Assembly: GCA_964035545.1 (NCBI GenBank)
Contig: OZ037773.1
Coordinates: 4,121,751-4,185,750 of the forward strand
Source: Bugula neritina
Lineage: Eukaryota > Animalia > Bryozoa
Direction: 5' to 3'
Length of the DNA: 64,000 nucleotides
Below the pieces are notes generated by a model that worked only from the letters and a program-made list of their open reading frames with translations, searched no databases and had not been told where the DNA came from. Below, piece by piece: positions 1 through 17,300 of the stretch; positions within the stretch are counted from its first letter, which is position 1; each line of letters starts with the position of its first letter. The position numbers were made by a program, and so were the translations under genes.

Positions 1-59
1 TTGGTGCATACCATAATGTACTCAGTACTGATTGCTTGCAATGAAATATGATGCCTTAG

Positions 60-1119
60 AGCAAAACAAGCACCGTGGGCTGCAGGATGACAAAGATATT
101 CATGACCAAGACGTGCGTTTGTTGCAGCAAGCTGATGGTATGTTATTTAGAAATATTGAAGATTCAAATAAAGAATGAGAGATAGTAATGCATTTTTCTC
201 AGTGCTATTTTTTGCATCAAATTGCTAATTGGTAAATTCAATTATTTCAAATACATGTGTTTTATACAACATAGCTGATTCTTGTATATTGACTTTTCAA
301 ATTTCTTCACTTATGTAGACAGTGAAGTAGTTCTATTTATTCATTTTAGCAATTGTTGCGGAAGTTACCCAACCTTCCCTCGGTGTGGGATATGAGCTAG
401 GAAGAGCTCAAGCTATGGGAAAGAAAATATTGTGTCTGTATAGGCCACAACCTGAGAAACGTAATGTATTTTCTTGTCTTTCTTGTTAGAGTACTGGCAT
501 TGCTTCGCAATGGCATTATAATCACGGTCATGTTGAATTTACTTTTGTGAAACGAATTCGGATTTATTAAAGTATGAGATTTTGCACTAGAAAATGCAAT
601 GTTTTAATGTGTCCTGAAGCATGATATATATTATATAACTCCCAATTAACAATTAATAGAACGTTTCTTGCTGTAACCTTTTTGGAGTTTGAGAATGTTC
701 TTACACTCGTGTGATTTTATCAAAATTCTACAATTACTTGGCCAATCCAGCCTCTGTTACCTTTGTGCTTATAAAATCACAATGCATCTTTATGGGAGAC
801 AAGTGAATTTAGTGATGCTGTAATCAAATTGTATTGTATTGCATTTATTTAAATTGGAGTTTGTTGGGTTTTGGATCTCCATAGAATATAGTGTACATGA
901 TTTATATTATGAAGCAATTTATCATGTTTTTATTAATTATTATTACAACACCATATTGCAAACATATTTACTATATAGCCTATTACTTTTCTTTATCATG
1001 TTTTAGAATTGTCAGCTATGATTAGAGGGGCAGAGGATGGTGATAACTTTGTGGTTAAAGATTATGCAGTGAACGAAATTGATGACATAATAACAGATTT
1101 TGTGTCTTCCCAGAAGTGA
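60..1119 (+). CDS. DNPH1: 2'-deoxynucleoside 5'-phosphate N-hydrolase 1 (Rcl), 3' part; exons 60-137, 350-460, 1007-1119; 5' exon(s) upstream of the window
   Basis: The spliced translation ...DDKDIHDQDVRLLQQADAIVAEVTQPSLGVGYELGRAQAMGKKILCLYRPQPEKQLSAMIRGAEDG...* contains the DNPH1 hallmarks AEVTQPSLGVGYELGRA and LSAMIRGA. Introns are GT-AG with consistent phase. Confidence 0.93.
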
Positions 1120-1511
1120 AGTAAATTTAAAATACAGTTTGGATTTATAAATTTTATACTTCTAAAATATATTTTTATTATGTTATATTTCGCATACTCC
1201 ATTCTTCTACTTTAACATGCAACTTTGTTCAACAAAGGCAACACAGCTCAGTAAAGTTGTTTGTATACAATAAAAACAAGATAAATATGTATGTATAGGT
1301 ATGATTGACGATATTAAATTATTAAAAAGACAGACTGTCATAACATGTAGTGAGGACAGCCTTCGACTTATTATCGTATTGAATAAAGCCCACGCATTTG
1401 TGTACATGCTGTTACAACACAATTCTATATTGAATTGGTACTAAGTTGCTGGAGGGCAGTCTATTGCCATCCATAGCCTAAGTTATTTAAACACATCTTG
1501 AAGTTAGTAGT

Positions 1512-5068
<3,557 letters not shown>

Positions 5069-5085
5069 ATTCGTTTGTAGTGTAA

Positions 5086-5106
5086 GTTGTCAAGGTTACA
5101 GGAAAC
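5086..5106. promoter_or_regulatory. Putative RFX X-box(es) just upstream of the MORN5 ATG
   Basis: GTTGTCAAGGTTAC (reverse complement GTAACCTTGACAAC) fits the relaxed X-box consensus and overlaps a second candidate, GTTACAGGAAAC. It lies ~20 bp from the start codon of a cilia-associated gene. Confidence 0.4.
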
Positions 5107-5609
5107 ACATGTGGTGGAATAGATTGTCACGATGCTCTTTTCTAAACCCTTTGTAGATTTGAGACATATACGTCCAATAATCGAAACAAATAAAGGCTTT
5201 TGTGGTATTATAAATTAATCGATTCCACTAATTCCCATAGCTGAGCATATCCGCTTGAAACTATGCACCTTCTCGCTTGCAGAGACGATTGTAGTGATTT
5301 TTTACCATCATAGTCATTGTCATAATCATATTCATGGTTTAAATGAAAGTAAATCATTAAATGTTAGCTTATTGTTATTTAGTGTGTTATTTAAATTTAT
5401 ATTGTAATTAATAATTGCAGTTTTTGTATTTATATCAATTTGAACACGCATTCCTCTCAGTATCACAACCCCGACACTAGCACGCCCACGGTGATGACGG
5501 TCACGGTGACCGTGATGGCCACACTGAAACTCATTGACTTACTCTCACATTTACTTTCACACAATTAGTGTCACTGTCAGTGAGTTTGAGTCATTATGAC
5601 ATTTTAGTC

Positions 5610-5805
5610 ATGGTATTACTATTACTATTACTATTTCTAGTACTAATAATAATACTAATAGTAATACTAATACTAATACTAATAGTAATACAATATTATA
5701 CTAATTATCTAAAAGTAAAACTAAAAGCCAATATCATAATCAATATGAATAGGCATAGCACTAGGAATATTATATTAGTATTACTATTAGTATCAACATT
5801 ACTAT
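5610..5805. repeat. Degenerate (TACTAA/TATTAC)n simple repeat
   Basis: Low-complexity tandem motifs are directly visible; a similar tract lies at ~4825-4885. Confidence 0.75.
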
Positions 5806-5807
5806 TA

Positions 5808-6229
5808 GGGTCATTTTACTTAATTTAGTACACACTGGAAATCTCCAGTTTTTAGCTATTTTTTACAATTTAGCTGCTAATGAACATGGCCTTTTGCCCA
5901 AAACTAGTAAAATATGAATGAACACACCTAAATAATTAAGGTTCTGCTTAATTTTACTTGATTTCCCATGTTTTTTTTTCTAATTATTCAACCACTTTTG
6001 ATTTCGGAGAGTTATAGTTTTTTCATAACACTCTGCAATCAAAAGTGCTGAATAATGAGGGAAAACTATTGGAAATCAAACAAAATTAAGAAGAACCTTG
6101 ATATTTAGGTGTATTCATTCATATTTTACTAGTTTTGGGCAAAAGCCCTTGTTCATTAGCAGCTAACTTTGTGAAAAATGGCTAAAAACTGGAGATTTCC
6201 AGCGTGTACTAAATTAAGTAAAATGACCC
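5808..6229. mobile_element. Foldback MITE with long (~170 bp) TIRs
   Basis: Starts gggtcattttacttaatttagtacac..., ends ...gtgtactaaattaagtaaaatgaccc, and is flanked by ATTA on both sides. A related partial copy lies at ~29059-29288. Confidence 0.85.
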
Positions 6230-6669
6230 ATTACTCATAATATTATCAGTATGACTGGCAACATCAATATGATTGAATATGAACATGACCATCACCATGG
6301 GTATAGAGTTGGACATGGCTGATGGCTGGCAATGACATTAACATTATCATTACGATTATCACAATTATTGTAATTGTTATTTTCATAGTTGTAAGTAAAC
6401 TCATATAGTTATAAATATAATTAATATTATTGTAGAAATGAAAATATAGATGTCACTCATCTCATTCGCTTTCAGTTAATGTTACTGTTAGAGTTTCAGT
6501 TTGTACTGCTACTGGTGCATAGCCTAATGATAATGATACAACTTCTTTGAGTCTCGATTTTGACAATTACCTCCTATATCGGGTCTCAGACTTCCTCATC
6601 CTGACAGAAAGATTTTGAAGCTTTTTCTTTCAAGGTCACTGCTTGGAGCCACTCTCAATTATGCATTTT

Positions 6670-6890
6670 TTTCTTCGAGGATAGGTTTTAGGCTCTGTTT
6701 TTTTTTAGTATTCATCAATGACCTCCCGGACTCTCTTGATTGTTCTATCAGTCATTTTACTTATAATGCTCTTATATATCAACAATTTAATATTTCAGAT
6801 GACATTGACATTCAATGTTTTCAACAAAACCTTCATCATTTAAGAATATGGGCTAATAAACTAGGCATGTCATCTAAAGTAAAATTAGGG
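6670..6890 (+). mobile_element. Decayed non-LTR (LINE) reverse-transcriptase fragment
   Basis: FLVFINDLPDSLDCSISHFTYNALIY...QQNLHHLRIWANKLGM resembles the LINE RT region LFLIFINDLP...FADD...LQ.DL..L..W....M, with the FADD motif destroyed. Confidence 0.7.
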
Positions 6891-8104
6891 TTTTTAATCC
6901 TTAGATAGTTATAAGTATGATTACATTTTATTTTGTAATAATTAAAAATAACCAAAACGTTTAAACTGACAAGTTTTAATAATAGTTGCCATGCCCACTA
7001 ACTAGTGTGGAGTGCTAGTCACAATTGAACTTAAACGTATGTAAACATGCTAAATTTTTTTTACCTATCTGCGCTTTGTCCAATTTGGGTAGCGGGATGA
7101 ACATGCTCAAATGGCATAGTAAATCCATAGTTTATTTACATGCAGCTTTATTTAAAGTTGCCATCTTGAACTGATTGTTAAAATAAAGTTATCCAAATAT
7201 GTACATGTATATAATTATAAAGATCAATAAACCTATATAATTTTCGATTATTGTGGTATCTATGTAGTTGATTAGAGTCATTTTTTCATTTAGTGTACAG
7301 GAGTTTCAAGATAAAATATAAGTTTTATTTTTATCAGACTGAGGTTTTTAGGATTTTCATTAGTTGATAAATAGTTATTTTTTCTTGCTCATTAAATGCT
7401 TTTACATTAGCATCAATGATCCCTTTTTCTATACAGGCTGCAAATTCAGTGGTTAGTAACTGCATAGCTTTATTACTAATACATTACTGCTCATATTAGT
7501 GTACTGCTTGCCAGTTACCCAGTCATTTAATTCTGTAACTCCTTAGATTGGTATAAATATAAAAATTAATTACAACAATTATATTTAGTCTAAGTTGACT
7601 ATTCAGTGGCCAGCGCATATACAATTTGTTTATTTCAATAGATCTTGTTGTTTTGATATAAAATAAATAGCGTACATTCAAGTAGCAAGTAAAATAACAT
7701 TTTAGTTTAAGTACAGAAATTGTAAATACTTATTCAGAAAATTAGTTTGTTATAATAAATCCTGTTGTTTTCTGAAAAAATACAAATTAGTAATATTCAA
7801 ATTAATTATTTGCAATTTCGACACTTTCGTTATTTTTGAAAAAAGTTCATATTCTCAATATGTGAAGTCACTTTAGTCTAATAAAATACGACTAAATATG
7901 TTGATCATAAGCACCGAGCACTTGGGTAAGAATGTAATTTACTAATTTTCTACAGAAGGCTATGCATAGAATTATTGATTATACAAAAAAATCATATTTT
8001 TCAGTTTGGCCACTTTGGTTGTATATAAATATAGGCTGTTTATTCAATCAAAAAACCATAAATTATTAATATAATTAGCTGCAGGTGTTATACTTGAATA
8101 GCTG

Positions 8105-11100
8105 ATGGGCCTCAACACAAGGTCAGTTGGAGTTGTGTTGCTCAGCTCTGCATTTGGGGCAACGCTAATTGCTCTGTTGGCTGCATTTTACAAGCAGAAA
8201 AAGAGCAAATCTCTGAAACCACCAGATGTACTGAATGAAGCTAGACCGCTCGATGAGAGCCTACAGCTAGATGGTAATTATTCGTAATTGTTACTAATTA
8301 CGAAATTAACATTTGAAAACATTATATCTGAGAAGAGAAGTCGGTAGTATCCCAATGGGTTATGGAACAGTTGATTTATCTTACTATAGTTTCTCACAAA
8401 CCCTGTAACTAATAAATTGCTACTCCAACATTTTCAACACTTGCTAAGCTGTCTTTGGATTCCTTGGAAGGTTTCAACCACAAAATGAAAAGCATTTTAG
8501 TTCATAGGTGGAATATCTTCATGCTAGTTAAAAGTGCTGCAGCCTTTTATTTGGTGTTCATTATGTAAATGAAATATTATTGGCTGTGTAATAAAAAGCG
8601 ATTCAAAGCTTGAATGTTGAGCAACGATTTTATGACACACCAGATAATTAATTTTTTTCTTTAAAATATGTATCAAAAACTAAATTGTCCTTTTATATTA
8701 TTATTGTTTTATTTCATTTGATTTCTAGAGATAACTTTTTACATTAAAAAAATATCTCATTGTCAAAGTTTTTTTTTTCTGTTGATATTATGGAAGCAAA
8801 ATTTTTAAGCATTAAATTTGAGGCTCACCAAATCAAGTAACAAACAGAAATTAAATATGATCTCCTTTTTTTGCTGACTAGTCACTTCTTCTAATCCAAT
8901 CAACATTTCTGTCATCAAATCCTAGAAAGAGAGTAAAACAAATAATATGTATTAAAGTAGTGTTAATAGACAATGGATCAGCGTTCCTTTCCCTAAGACT
9001 CAATTCATTGTGACTATATCTGTTAGAAGGGGCCAGGGACGATGAACCAGTTGGACTTTCAGACCGTAGCTTGTCAGGCTCGAGAAAGTCCTTGACACCT
9101 GGCTCTCCATCGCTCTCCGACTGCACAGTGCAACAACTTTGTCACCTTGGTAAACAGCATCTCGTCATGTCCGAGAAACTGTGGCAAGAGGCTTTAGTTA
9201 GAAGTTCATTGGAAGCTTCTTTTCAGGTACCCTTTTCCCGTGCCAACTGCTTATCTGTGTTGTGTTCAGAAATTGAGGCGTTTCGACATTTGTTTTACTT
9301 TTACTGTTTGTATTGAAATTAGATGAAAATGTAGTGATGTATTCCAGTATTCAATAATATACAATTTCTTAACTAATTGAATGGACACTTTTTATCTTTA
9401 AAGCTTCGAAGCAATCTGTTATAACCACAAATACATTGTGTGGGAAATTTCTGCTCAAATCTAAATTACAATGTATATCAAGTTATGTATTTCTATTCAC
9501 ATATTCCAAAGTCGGACAACTCTTCGCTTTTTTGTGTTATGTTGAGATTCCTGCCGTGGTTTTCACTTTTCCAGACTGTTTTGTTGCAGACGGTTAGCCT
9601 TGAGCACCTCAAAAGTTTACACGCTAAAGTCCGGGAGCTGTTAGTCCTGTACCAAACTGAATTTGAAGCAGATGTTGTGATAGACACTACTATATCCGCT
9701 CTACAGGTACCTACTATTGCTTGTGTATTTGAAATATTTTTGATGTGACTTCTAGCTAATCTAAAGGATGCTCATATATTTTGGTCCTACCATTGCGGGG
9801 CTCCTCAAGGCGTTGGTGTTTCTACTGCACAAAAACAGGTTATTTCTCTGAGCTGTGCGCATTATTATCTGAGTCATTGTGTATAGGAAATGGACAAAGA
9901 ATACGAGAGACGAAAAGCTAAGAGTATAGCCAGTGATGAAACAAGCCTTGACACCTTTGTGTCCGCTCCGGAAACCCCTGATCTCACCGATTTAGAGGTG
10001 CGGCCTAAGTACAGTGGTAATGTATATTAAATACAGTGATGGTGTATATTGAATACAGTAATGGTGTATATTAAATACAATAGTAACATATATTAAATAC
10101 AATAGAAATTAATATTAAATACAACGGTAATGTATAATGAATACGATGATAGTTTAGGCTTATACGAAGTAGTATGTTGCATTTGTTTTTCTAGGAAAAG
10201 ATTTCGGATGTCAAAAGGCACCCGCTGTATGAAGCTGGCTTGTTGGAACTTCAGCACAACTCCGTCCCGTACAGGAAGTTGAGAACCACTGCTGTGGGCT
10301 GTCAAAGTGACTCGGAGTTCTTAGCTAAACTGCATGTTCTAAGAATAGCCCTAGACGTATGTCATTCTCTACCTGTAGTCTCATGTCTAAGAAATATTTA
10401 TGACACAAAGCTTTATTTAGAGTTATCTTCTTCTTAGTGGTACTAAGTATGCCCTGCGTTAGTCGGCATGTATAAGAAGCAAGTTTACAACCTATATAAG
10501 TTTAGAGTAATTTTAATCTCAAATTGATCATTTAACACATGCATAACTCAATTTAGCTGATTATAATTCAAACTAATTTAATTCGTATAAACTTGTTTAT
10601 TCATAGTACTTATTGAGTTTCACACTTCTCGCTATATCCTGGTCGGGTGGCAGGATTAGGTTTCACACTCACTGTGAGTAGACTTTGCCCATTTCAGGTG
10701 TTGGCTCTTATACTTGTATAGAAGTTTTTTCTTGTGATTTGTAGAAGATAATGAAAGTTGATTCTAACAGGAAGTGGTTTATGGAGACGGGAAAGAGAAT
10801 TATTACTTGTATACTGAACAAGGCTCAAAGGGTGAGCACGTCTTCTAGTAACAGTTAGTTTCACACATGGTATGGGTTAGTAGGAGAACATGGTGGAGTG
10901 GATGTTGCTGTATGGTGTAGCTTAGTTTGTGTTCTGTTGTACATCACACTGCAATGTAATGGGAAGTATGTACTCTAGTGTAGTATATCGTAGCATACTG
11001 TAATATCTTGTATTATAGTCACTATAGTGTAATATATTATAGCTTAGTGTAATATACTGTAGTATGTTGTAATATAGTGAAATATATTGTAGTATATGGT

Positions 11101-12957
11101 GTAATACTTTTAGGATCCCTCTGATTTCCTCTTAGCTATGGATAAGTTAGAAGAATTTATTCCGATTGAATCAAATTTTGACATTTTAAAGGCAGAGCTT
11201 GGAATGCGAGGGGTAAGTATATGTACTGTAAGTATACGTACTGTACGTATATGTACTGTGAGTATTTACTGTATGTATTTACTGTAAATATATGTACTGT
11301 AAGTATATGTATTGTATGTATATTTACTATCTTGCAGGTAAAATGCTTTACGCTGTATGACGTGGTGTTAGACTGGGTTCTGATGGATGCTTTTGATGAC
11401 CTGACGAATCCACCCAGCAGTGTGTTGAGTGTTGTTCGGAATCGCTGGCTATCTGCTGGTCTAAAGGAAACGGCTATTTCTACTGCCGTCTGGTCAATTC
11501 TGAAGGCAAAAAGAAGAATATTAAAAGTCAGTGTTCAGCTTTTAACGTTTGGATTTTAAAGTTTGCTTTTCAGACCTCTTGAATGATTTGCAGCTGAAAT
11601 TTTAACTAAAATATTAACTAGAAACATGCATCTTTGAGGCTAATGCTTGATATCTGTACTTACTAATGGAATCAATTTATAAATATTTTCTGTAAGAAGT
11701 TAATGTGCAGAATGAATTCAGTGGTAAATCTGCAGAATGTATTCAGTGGTAAATACGAGATAAGAACGAGCCTCAATTGACTGAATTTTTTCATGCGGAT
11801 TTTGTTCAGCGTTTTTCCGTAAATGGTTTGTAATTTCAAGTTTTCTGTCCAAGAGAAAGCTAGTTCATGTTGTCCTTCTTTGCTGCTCCAACAGTTTTGA
11901 ATTCATGGGAGTTGATTTTAACTTTGATTATTGTAGTATCCTGACGGCTTCATATCCAAATTCTACGCCATATCAGAGTCCGTCAGTCCAATACTAGCAT
12001 GGGCCTTTCTTGGACCTGACAGCGATGTTAAATCAGCTTGCATGTGCTTTAAGGTGCTCCCTCATTCTTATTCATGATTAATTATATAATAACTATTTTC
12101 ATAAGTTTCATTATTTTCAGGTCTTCATAAAGGGAGATTTTCTATTCTATTGTTAACCAGAGCTCTGTATAGGATCACATTTCAAACTATAAACTACTTT
12201 TTTGCTGCTAGAAAATAAAAATATTCATTTATTTTTGCAGTTAAAATGCCTAAAAATACTGTAGGCAAATTTTTACACAGAAAGCTTTTGCTATTTTGAA
12301 AACAATTAGATTCTAGGCAAAAGAATCTTAGATAAAGTAGCATTTCTGAAAGCCAAACAGACATTTGAAGCTTATTGACTGAGAAATAATGCAGTTTAGT
12401 TACCCATTGTACTAGATTGTAACTTTAAGTTATGTGAAAAAGGCTAACAAGTATCTCATAGACAGTTGATGGAGTGGTGTGAGTGCTAATAGGTCTGGTA
12501 TACATTGAAACCTTTATATGTTTATTTCCTTTCATATAAACTGCTTTCACTTAAAACATCATAAGTTATAATTCTTGAGTTTGTCTTGTTTTTTCAACAG
12601 AGTAATAGCAGTTTATCTAGGCTGCCTTTCTCACAATGTAATGTTATAAAATGGATTTTTATTCAAATAATTTTCGTTGAGTAAATATCTAAGCTATTGA
12701 GTTATATTTTTTAAAGAAATGCTGGCCACTTCTAACTATGTACTTTTTGGTGTCATTCCATGCCCTGTTATGAAGCTTCTGCCTTATCGTGTTTCATGTA
12801 GTTTTAATGTTTCTAGAATCATAGTCTGGGCTTCATACAAGACTTATTCAATCAAGATACTGTGAGATACTCAGTTTATGAAGAAATAACTTCAGATATT
12901 ATGTCAGCAGCCAGATGTAGAGCTGATAGTATTTTATCTGTGATAGACAACTCCTAA
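8105..12957 (+). CDS. MIGA: Mitoguardin (FAM73/MIGA family), 468 aa; exons 8105-8273, 9027-9226, 9575-9706, 9887-9997, 10195-10356, 10745-10831, 11114-11212, 11338-11526, 11937-12053, 12817-12957
   Basis: N-terminal TM segment; FFAT-like SLDTFVSA; VPYRKLRT..GCQSDSEFLAKLHVLR; YDVVLDWVLMDAFDDLTNPPSSVLSVVRNRWLSAGLKETAISTAVWSILKAKRR; GFISKFYAISESVSPILAWAFLGP. Ten exons sum to 1407 nt in frame. Confidence 0.93.
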
Positions 12958-14323
12958 GTGAGTCACATTGTTATATATTTTGTGGTAGACAACTCCCAAA
13001 TCAGTCACATTGTTATATATTTTGTGATACGTGAATTCAAACACACCATTTTATATTAAATGATCAATGGCTCTTGGGTGATTTGACTGAAATAAATCCA
13101 CTAGATGCTATTATATACAATCTGTAGAAGTCCCCTGCTCAACACATTTACTTACGTATTATTAGTACTATCTTTCTACATAAAAGTAAACAAAAGAAGC
13201 ATCCTGACAAGAATATAAATGATATAGAAATTGATAATTACAAACTATTTTTGTGAAAATCATTTATTATTTATTTTGTGCTTACGTTTATGTGTTGTTT
13301 TTTTTTTTAATATAGGTGTATGCTAGTTGGGCTGGACCTAATAAAAAGTATTGGTGCTTAAGAGGAAAGTGTAGATAGATGGGATTTGTGGATCAGTTAA
13401 AATAGGAAACAACTTTTAGTTACAATCATTACTACTAGTACTAGCACTAGTAGTAGTACTAGTATTAGTAGCTGTGATACTAGTGGTGTTAGTAGCAGTA
13501 GCACTACCAGCAATTTCTAAGGTGATGCAGTTTTGTGTTTATTTGTCATATCACAAATACATCATTAACTTCAACTTTTTCTTCTGTTTCAATATGTTAA
13601 AATACTCTTATAGTTTCTATCAACTTTTAAATAAAAATCAAGAGCTTGTATGTAGACTATATACGATTTATATAATATTGCGATATTGTATCAGTAATAT
13701 ATTACATAGTATTGTGTTACTATAATTATAATACAGTAGTATTTTATATATGGTACTGTTAACGTTATATAGTATTGATATTGTGTAGTAGCATTAGTAT
13801 ATAGCAGTATTGCAATATAAATCAACAACATCATTTAATAGTAGTAATATCTAACAGTAACCTAATGTGTTCGCCACCCGCAGGACCTCCATGGCAGTGA
13901 AAGGTGACCACAGGTTACCTTATGTTTGTAGTTTTATATAATAGTATCAGTATATTGGAAAATTTGAAGTTCTATTGAAACCATCCTGAAAAATGTTGCA
14001 TATCCTTTATGTACATTACTAAGTTCTTGTGAATGTTTCTCCAACATATGAGAAGATAACTCTAAACTATGTGTATATATAAACTACATCAGCAAAACAG
14101 CGGACAACTCCTAATTGACAATGCAGAAAATAATATTGTATTGTGTGAAATATAAAGTCATTATCACCAATAATAAAAGTAAATGCATAGCATTATTGTT
14201 GCATTCCATGAATACTTCTCAAGACAATATAAAACAGTTTAAAAACATTTAACAATAACTATTATTGTGTACAAAGAAGTTACTGGACTTTGAGATAACT
14301 CTAAGTTAGATACTCATCTACTA

Positions 14324-14334
14324 CTATATATAGG
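14324..14334 (+). promoter_or_regulatory. TATA box of Ig copy A (equivalents at ~33528 for D and ~56368 for G; B-type TATA at ~19672, ~24551, ~38896, ~43757)
   Basis: The motif ctatatatagg is conserved before every leader or leader-like exon of the family; here it lies ~35 bp upstream of the ATG. Confidence 0.6.
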
Positions 14335-14361
14335 CAGGACCTTTAACTACTCACTATCACT

Positions 14362-17300
14362 ATGATGTTATATCTCAGCTATCTGATGTGTTTGTTTACT
14401 TGTATTTCATGTGAGTAATGCTTCTCATTGTGTCTAATAAAATCAAGATGCAAATACATAATATAATTAGTAATTACTATTGGTTGTATTTGAGTGATAT
14501 ATCATAGGTTGTGTGTAAAAGTCTGTAATAAAGATAGTTTGCTTAAGACATACCTACTGTATGCATCAAAAACAGAAGATGACTGTGTATTTACAGGTGT
14601 TACATCTAGATTCTATTTTATTAAGTTACTGAGTAGGAGTCCATCACAGTGATATATGTACAGCTTGGGTGTTGTGTGCCAATCTGTATAAGCCCCTTAA
14701 CTTAGATATTAATTTGTACAGAAACCCAGGCCTTTATATTTGAGTTTCAGTGTGGTGGTGCTCCATAGTTCTGATAATTAGGTTGAACACTCACTATTAT
14801 ACCATAATAAATTATTTTTTGATGCTCTCCTTTAATTTCACAGTAACTATACATCAGGTGCCAATTGTTGCTGCTATCACAAAATTAAGGGAGCCACTTA
14901 AGTCTGGTGTATATATCTCATTATATCTAAAATTATATTACTCTTACTCAGGAAAGTCTAGTGTTATGAGTTTTGTTTTAAAATTATTCTATAAGCAGCT
15001 TCGAGTTGGTGGTGATTGAGTGCGGTACTAGTTGCCCCCCCCCACCCTCGGCATTTGGAGTTATTAACCCAAATTGGAGACCCTCTAAACTACTGCACTC
15101 ATTCACCCCTAACTCAGAGCTGCTTATAGAACCATTCTTAGTTTTACATGACTTCTAGATTTTGAGTCAAAACTTGCAGGAAGGTAATCCTGTTATAATA
15201 TAGTTATAAGTTGAGAGCATGGTCAATTGAAAAACTAATTTCTTTGGGGGAATCTTCCTTAAATAACCTATGTAATATTATAGATTTGTAAATAATATTT
15301 TTTAAAGTGTGTCAAAATCAATGTATAAATAACAAATCTTGAAAGTGGATGAATGCAATAAAAAAACGTGAGCCATTTATTAAGCATGCAATTAATCTAT
15401 GAAATCGATTGAACTGATGACCATAGAACGTTTCTATATTTAGCTCAACCAACCACAGAGATATCCTACGGTTCTCCGCCTGCAGCGTTTTATAAAGATA
15501 AAATGACATCACTAGTATGTAGCGCATCTGGTTTTACTGCTTTGAGAAACTTTCAGTTGCGGTACGAGGATGATGGACACGATGCAATCTATAGAAGTGG
15601 ATGTAGTACAAGTCCTGAGGATGACACAATGTGGGTTAGTGCATCAACACCAGCCATTGCAACTGCATCTGGGATAGAAGGACCCGTAGTTAGTCATGCA
15701 GATTGTGAATCAGTTGGTAGACCTGAGGGGTTCACTCTTACTGTGAGACTCGTGATAACTGATCCAGCCATTCAAGGAAAGTTTTACTGTCGAGGGTATG
15801 AAGGGGGCGGTGTGGGAGAAATTTTTTCCCAAGAGATATCAGTACAAGTGAAAGGTAATTTCTTTACCTTCTTTTGAACAAACAGTGTTTTATTGAAAAT
15901 GATCATAATTGATCAAACCTTCCCCATGCTGTGGAGAGTAACAAGGGTTCCTGAACACGTAACTTACCATGTTCCAGCTCCAGAGAGCAATGTTCACAAT
16001 TACATGGATGAGCTCATAAAGCGCATGAGGACGGCTCACTGTCAAATTTTCAGTTTCAAGCTTATATTCAAATGTTATTATAAGGATTGTCCTCTTTTGC
16101 AAGAATTAGTTTTTTGCTTTACAGTTGGTCCTCAAAGTTTGATTCTCAATGCATCTGATGCAGTAGAAGGTGAAGTTCTAAGCTTTAGTTGTGAGTCCAG
16201 AGATGCTAAGCCTATCTCAGTGTATGAGTACAGTAGGTACAAGGTGTACTATACATGTTTTAGTCTATTATATTATTAGCTAAGATTCCATTGTAACTGG
16301 CTCTGGTGCCGAATATTCTCTCCACATGTCTTAAATTTATACAATTTTTTGTTTTAATAAGTTTTGCATTTTTTATTGGCTGCAGCATAACAAACTTGTA
16401 GTGCTTTATACAACCATGGTATTGACATAAGCTCAGAGAACTATTTTCTATTCAATAATACAATGTTTCACTCATTTTCTTTTCTTATGCTTTCACTTTT
16501 TTTAATATAATGTACTTTCAGAAGTGAATAACCAGTCAGTCTCTCCGCCTACTTATACTCCTGAGAAAGCTGACAGAGATGGAGTGTTGATATCATGTAG
16601 AGATATTATTCATACAAACTGGAAAGATGGAAATACTGAAGCTTCAGTTTTGCTCAAGCCTAAATGTAAGTAATAATTTCTAAACCGATTTCAACTTGTA
16701 AACTAGGTACATAAAGCATTGACTCATAGACTTTGCATTTTTTTACATCTAGTGATATACAGAGAGTTGAATTGGTAGCTTCATTTTCACCAGTCGCTTA
16801 GGAATAAAATATCAGCTGTAGAAATTTTGCAAGTCAAGTTAAAACTCTGCTATTTTTTATTTTTGATCTTAGGAAATTTGCATTATTACATTTTATATGA
16901 TTGTAAATTCACTAAGAAGATTCAAAAATGCATTCTATGAATTTTGTTATTATTTTTGTTTTAAGCACAAAATGTTTTCATCTTTGATAATGCATGCAAA
17001 CCTCCATTTGTCAGTTATACTAAAATCTCCTACTGTTACATTATGTTTGTCATTATCATGTTTATAGACATCGATGTAAAATCAGAAGTAGAAAATCCAA
17101 CGACAATACAAGTGATTACTGAAGATGGTGATGTAGAACTAGACTGTGATCTACATGTTACAGGAAACCCAAAACCAACCATCTTCTTCTGGGTACGAAA
17201 CGGGACTGAACAATCAGAAGAGACAAATAACAAGTTACTCCTGACTGCACAGACTGCTGGTACAAAAGAAACAGTAATGTGTACTGCTGGAAATTCTCTG

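Noticed and set aside
15854-16125. RAG-type recombination signal sequences next to V exons (somatic V-C joining)
   Set aside because: I saw no conserved heptamer/nonamer flanking the V exons, and each V has its own constant exons.
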